Assembly: GCF_036321535.1 (NCBI RefSeq)
Contig: NC_087466.1
Location: 2,418,001 to 2,482,000, forward strand
DNA from: Camelus dromedarius
Taxonomy: Eukaryota
Direction of reading: 5' to 3'
Length of the DNA stretch: 64,000 bases
Positions 1 through 64,000 of the stretch are shown here, one piece after another. Positions within the stretch are counted from its first letter, which is position 1. Each line of letters starts with the position of its first letter. The translations under genes and the position numbers were made by a program. The notes under the pieces are model-generated. The model had not been told where the DNA came from. It was given only the letters and a program-made list of their open reading frames with translations, and did not search any database.

Positions 1-852
1 GAGCTTGGTGGACCATGTCCATGTGATGCTCCAGCCCCACGCACTGCAGGCCCTGGTCCTCAGTCCCCAGTCCTTGGTCTCTGGTCGGCAGCCAGGCAGC
101 CTCAGGCCAGGGGAAAGCCCGTTCCGGACCGTGGACCGAGTCCTGGGTGAGAGTGCAGGGGCCACAGAGCATACCCAGCTCCCTCCACCTTTCCAGGCAT
201 CACAGTGACCAGTGCGGGTCTGCACCCCTCCTGCTAAAATAAAGCACGTGCCAAGGACAGAGGCCGGGCACAGAAGAGGTGACCTCTGTCCATGAAATAG
301 CCAAGAATGCCAGCACACTCCATCCTGAACCTAACGCTGTCCTTTCCCAAGGGCTTAGAGAATCACAATGTGCTCAGGGGTAGGGGGGCGGTGGGGAGGA
401 AGGACCTCCACAAACAATCGGTCACATGGCCCTTAGTGCTCTGACCCTGGAAGGCCTGGGGACCAGAAGTAGGGCCGACAGGGAAACGGGCTGGTGGTTC
501 CTGACAACTTCCACCCCTATCCTTCTATCTGCTCCCTCTCCCTCTCCAAGTGAGAAATGCAGGTCCTCTCTCCCACTCCAGCAGGCCATCAGACGCCGGG
601 GCAGGCACATGGGCCAGGCCGCTGGGCTCAGGCTGAAACTCCATGCACTCAGCTCAGAGGACTGAGAAACTGTCGGCCCTGAGAAAAGTGGGACGCGCGT
701 CCTCTCACAACAAAAGCTCTCGAGACCCACTCCACGGTACTGTTTGCAAACACGTGTTAAATCACATACTAAAGTAAGAAACGAAATTCCTCGTGAATCT
801 GGAAGATCTTCCGCATCTTTTCATCACAATGGAGTGGAATCCTCCTCTGTCT

Positions 853-12606
<11,754 letters not shown>

Positions 12607-12996
12607 GGCGCCGGCGTTCGCCGCGCGCGGGCAGGAGCGTCAGGGGCGCTCTCGGGGCCGCAGGGGAGCCACAGCCGCCGCGCCGAGGCCCTGAGGAAGC
12701 GCCCTTCCACCTCTTTCAGTGCCTCGCCGCGCGAGCTCCTTCCGCCCGACGCGCGCCGCGGCCCCGCCCCCGGACCCGACCATCGTGCCCTGCGGCGGGG
12801 GGACGCCGGCCCGGGCGCGACCACGGCCGGCCGCACGCCTCCCGGGCCCCCTCCTGCTGTGGAGCCGCCCGCGGCCACGCCCCGTAGCGGAGCGGTCACG
12901 TGGCGCGAAGGCTGGCCGCAGCCGCGCCTGCGCCGTGGGCTCCAGCGCCCGCGGGCCGGTTCGGGAAGCCGGCGGGCGGCGCCGCGGCGCGCGATG

Positions 12997-61105
<48,109 letters not shown>

Positions 61106-62504
61106 GTGAGTGGACGGCGTGCGCCCTTGTGAGCGAGCTTTCCCACTGTGGGAAGGGCTGCTGCTCCCGATTTTCTCTCTCTGTGGACACAGCACTGTTA
61201 TGAAGCTTTGTCCCACCCTGGGAAGATCAGGATAAAAACGCATAATCTTAAAAAGTCCTCTTTCTGGCTCTACCTCTGCTGCGGGGGGCCCTGCATCTGT
61301 GCACAGATTCCCTGTAGCCCCTGATTTCAGTCCCTTGTGCTGTTCTCTGCTGGACAGGCCCTGGGCGTCTTCATGACCAAGGCCCTGCCCTTCTTTTCCA
61401 ATGTCTACAGCTGGGGAACTGAGAACCAGGCTTCAGGGCTCCCAGCAGACAGATGGCCATAATACGCACATGGGCGCAGTATTTTTTATTATTTTGCTTA
61501 AAAGAAGGGAAAATATCTTAGAACATATATATCTAAATACACTGGGAGATACATTTCTGTATCTCATATGTGCGTTTTATGTTTATACACGCACACACGT
61601 ATGCAGTGTTTTCTCCTGTATTTGTGGAGATGTGTAGCTGTTTCTCTCATGTAAAGAGGGAACAGCAGGAAAGAGCCATACGTCCAGGGAGAGGCCAGGT
61701 GCCCACCATTAGGTCTCAGCGCCCAGGCAGGAAGGGCACCCAGCAGGTGCAGAGGTGTCTGTGCAGCAGCCAGTGGTGCTGGTTAGCCGAGAGCAGAGAG
61801 CTCGCTGTGGGGCACCGCCCCGTTCCTCATTGTGGGGGCTCCCTCCTGCTGGCCACGAGGAGACCCCACCTCCTTCCCACCCACATTTCCATCAGGCCAG
61901 GCCAGCAGGTCAGGACCTGGGGGCCACATCCTCCTTTTCTGGGAAAGTTTCGAAATACAAAAAAAGTCTGTGTGAAACACAAAGACTCGCAAGTCCCCAG
62001 CTGCAAATGTCCTCAGACCCTGAGCTCACAGGGCCTCTGGGGGACCTGTCACAAGGACCACGCTCAGGACAGAAAGACCATTAAACTCTCATATGGTTTC
62101 AAAATGTTACTGTTACAGTAACCCTAGTGAGGCAAACCCAAGATAAGATTTGGAATAAAAACATGCAGGAATGTTAAAATGGAGGCAGTGAAAAAGGAAC
62201 GTTAAATGCACTGTGCAGGCACCATTTGCCCATTTTAGCACAAGGACACTGGTGAGGTTCGGTGTCATTGTGTCGGGGTGTGTGCTGATTTATAAGGTAC
62301 TTAAAAACTGAAGAGACTCTGAAATGTTAGGCCTATGCTTTAATTAAATGCTTAGAAGACTTGTGACTAAGTTTATAATTGTGCTTAAATATTTGAGGAA
62401 ATTTAGTGTGCTTGATCCACAGATTTTTAAATGTATTTCACTTTAATAATGCATTTATTCCAACAAACAGTATTAGCAATCATTTCAGGTTTTCTTACGG
62501 TAGA

Positions 62505-62640
62505 GGGGGAGGGTATAGCTCAGTGGTAGAGCACATGCCTAGCATGCACGAGGTCATGGGTTCTATCCCCAGTACCTCCATTAAATAAAACATAATAATA
62601 ATAAATAAACTTAATTACCTCCCGCCCCCCCCCCCAAAAA
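62505..62640 (+). mobile_element. tRNA-derived SINE (camelid Vic-1-like), PI4KA intron 23
   Basis: TAGCTCAGTGG A box, GGTTCTATCCC B-box variant, AT-rich tail then C-run, same layout as the other copies. Confidence 0.85.
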
Positions 62641-63297
62641 CTTAAGAAACTAGTTCCTAAAATGTTAAGGGAATTATTCACAAAATTGTTACTCTTTTTA
62701 AACAAATAACTGTTTTTATTGATGGCAAAAAGAGTTGGCTTTTCAGATTCAGCGGGACAGTGTGTTTACTGTTCTTGAAGGCATGTTTTGGAGTCACGCC
62801 TTCTGGAATGTCCTGGCCTTGATGCACTTGTTCCTACAGACACTCCCCGTCTGAACAGCTTTGTTGTTTTTACACAGTTCGCTCATCTGTCCTCTAAGGG
62901 CCTGTGGATGAAGGGTTTTTTTTTGTTTTTTTTTTTTTAACAAACTTTGCTGATTTGCTGGGTCCGTGAATGCTGATTAGCGGTGTGGGTAAATATTTCG
63001 AGGACTGCTGCGTGCTAATTCCGAGATGAGTACGTTCAGATGAATATAAGCGCTGTGGGCCGCGGGGAGTCCGTCCTCGCCAGAGAAGCTCGTCCCCGCC
63101 AGCGAGGGACCAACCCCCAGATCCTTATTGGACTCTCTTCCCCTTCAGTGGAAAAATCAATTCTTGGAGAAGCCATTTGAGAAATCAGCTGAGGGACTGT
63201 GAGCGGCTGCTTCCCTAGAGGCCTGCCCGGGTTCCTGGGCTCTCCTGCGGGGAGATTCCCGCGGGGCCGGGCAGGCCGACCACGGGCGGGGGCTCCG

Positions 63298-63316
63298 GAG
63301 CGCCCTCTGCTGGTCA
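63298..63316 (-). promoter_or_regulatory. CTCF consensus motif inside a CpG-rich patch
   Basis: Minus strand TGACCAGCAGAGGGCGCTC matches the CCASYAGRKGGCRS core without mismatch. Confidence 0.7.
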
Positions 63317-64000
63317 CTCGCCACCCTCGCTGAGGACGTGTTTCTTTCGGTTCTTTCGACCGCACCGAGGTTCTCACTGTGCTGTGGCTTCTTCAAGTTG
63401 GCTCTGTGCCCCGGGGGCCGCGCGTATGCCCCGTTCCTAGATCTTATTTCCAGAGAGAGTACAGGATGAGTGCGGGGCACCCTCAGTGCTGGACAGTAGG
63501 GTCGTGCCAGTCAGACGAGGAAAGAGCATACGTGGTTGTCACAGGTCACAGGAGCCAGCCTGAGAACAGCCAAGTAAATAGTGAGGATTTACAAACCCTA
63601 CTCACCCGACTGTCGGCCTCAGGGACAGACCCTCCTTGCAGGACTCCGCTTGCCACACCAGAGCCCATTGCCCCAGCTCAGTGAATTTTAGGAGATGGGG
63701 TATCTGCACAACCTCCGAGGGTCTACTGGTCACGGTTGGTTTCCACCTGCGTCCGCAGATTCTCTCCAGGAGGTGCTGCTCCCGGCCTCTGCCTGGAGCT
63801 GGGGCTGGACTCGAGGCCTGGCTTCTAAGGGTGGAGTCAGGGAGGGGACAGCAGGAACTTGGGAGGTATCCCGGCACTGCGTGCCCAGGGCCGGGAGGTA
63901 CTGACTGCACTCCGACAACGTGCGACTGGAAGGGCATGTTGCTGAAATACCGCGAGCTTGGTCCACACAGGAGCCAGCACCACACAGGCCCCAGTGGGGG

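Noticed and set aside
238-243. AATAAA near the window start
   Set aside because: It is on the plus strand, the wrong strand for SNAP29, and no plus-strand transcript ending there is supported.
62239-62251. 13-nt segment with TTTGCCCATTTTAG acceptor and GTGAGG donor (microexon-like, with TGC motif)
   Set aside because: It is not a multiple of 3, the 18-nt alternative contains TGA, and the pyrimidine tract is weak. There is not enough support without junction reads.

Overview
Mammalian genomic DNA, most likely camelid judging by lineage-type tRNA-derived SINEs and a young L1 3' end. It is the SNAP29-PI4KA-SERPIND1 locus. SNAP29 (minus strand, 5 coding exons, 253 aa, complete CDS) is head-to-head with PI4KA (plus strand, coding exons 1-23, 934 codons, gene runs off the window end). 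Only 390 nt separate the two start codons, across a CpG island. SERPIND1 (heparin cofactor II, minus strand, 491 aa, complete) is nested antisense in PI4KA intron 19. All exon junctions were traced by hand and keep frame with GT-AG boundaries. I found no prokaryote-type system (CRISPR, operon etc.) and cannot demonstrate a wholly new biological system. The best leads are a candidate 24-nt in-frame PI4KA microexon, a candidate 29-nt poison exon in SNAP29, CLEAR/E-box elements, a 90-bp minisatellite just upstream of SERPIND1, an intronic CpG patch with a strong CTCF motif, and an apparent GC-driven amino-acid drift (four Tyr-to-Cys changes) in PI4KA. Comparisons with human or mouse orthologues are from memory and need an alignment to confirm.
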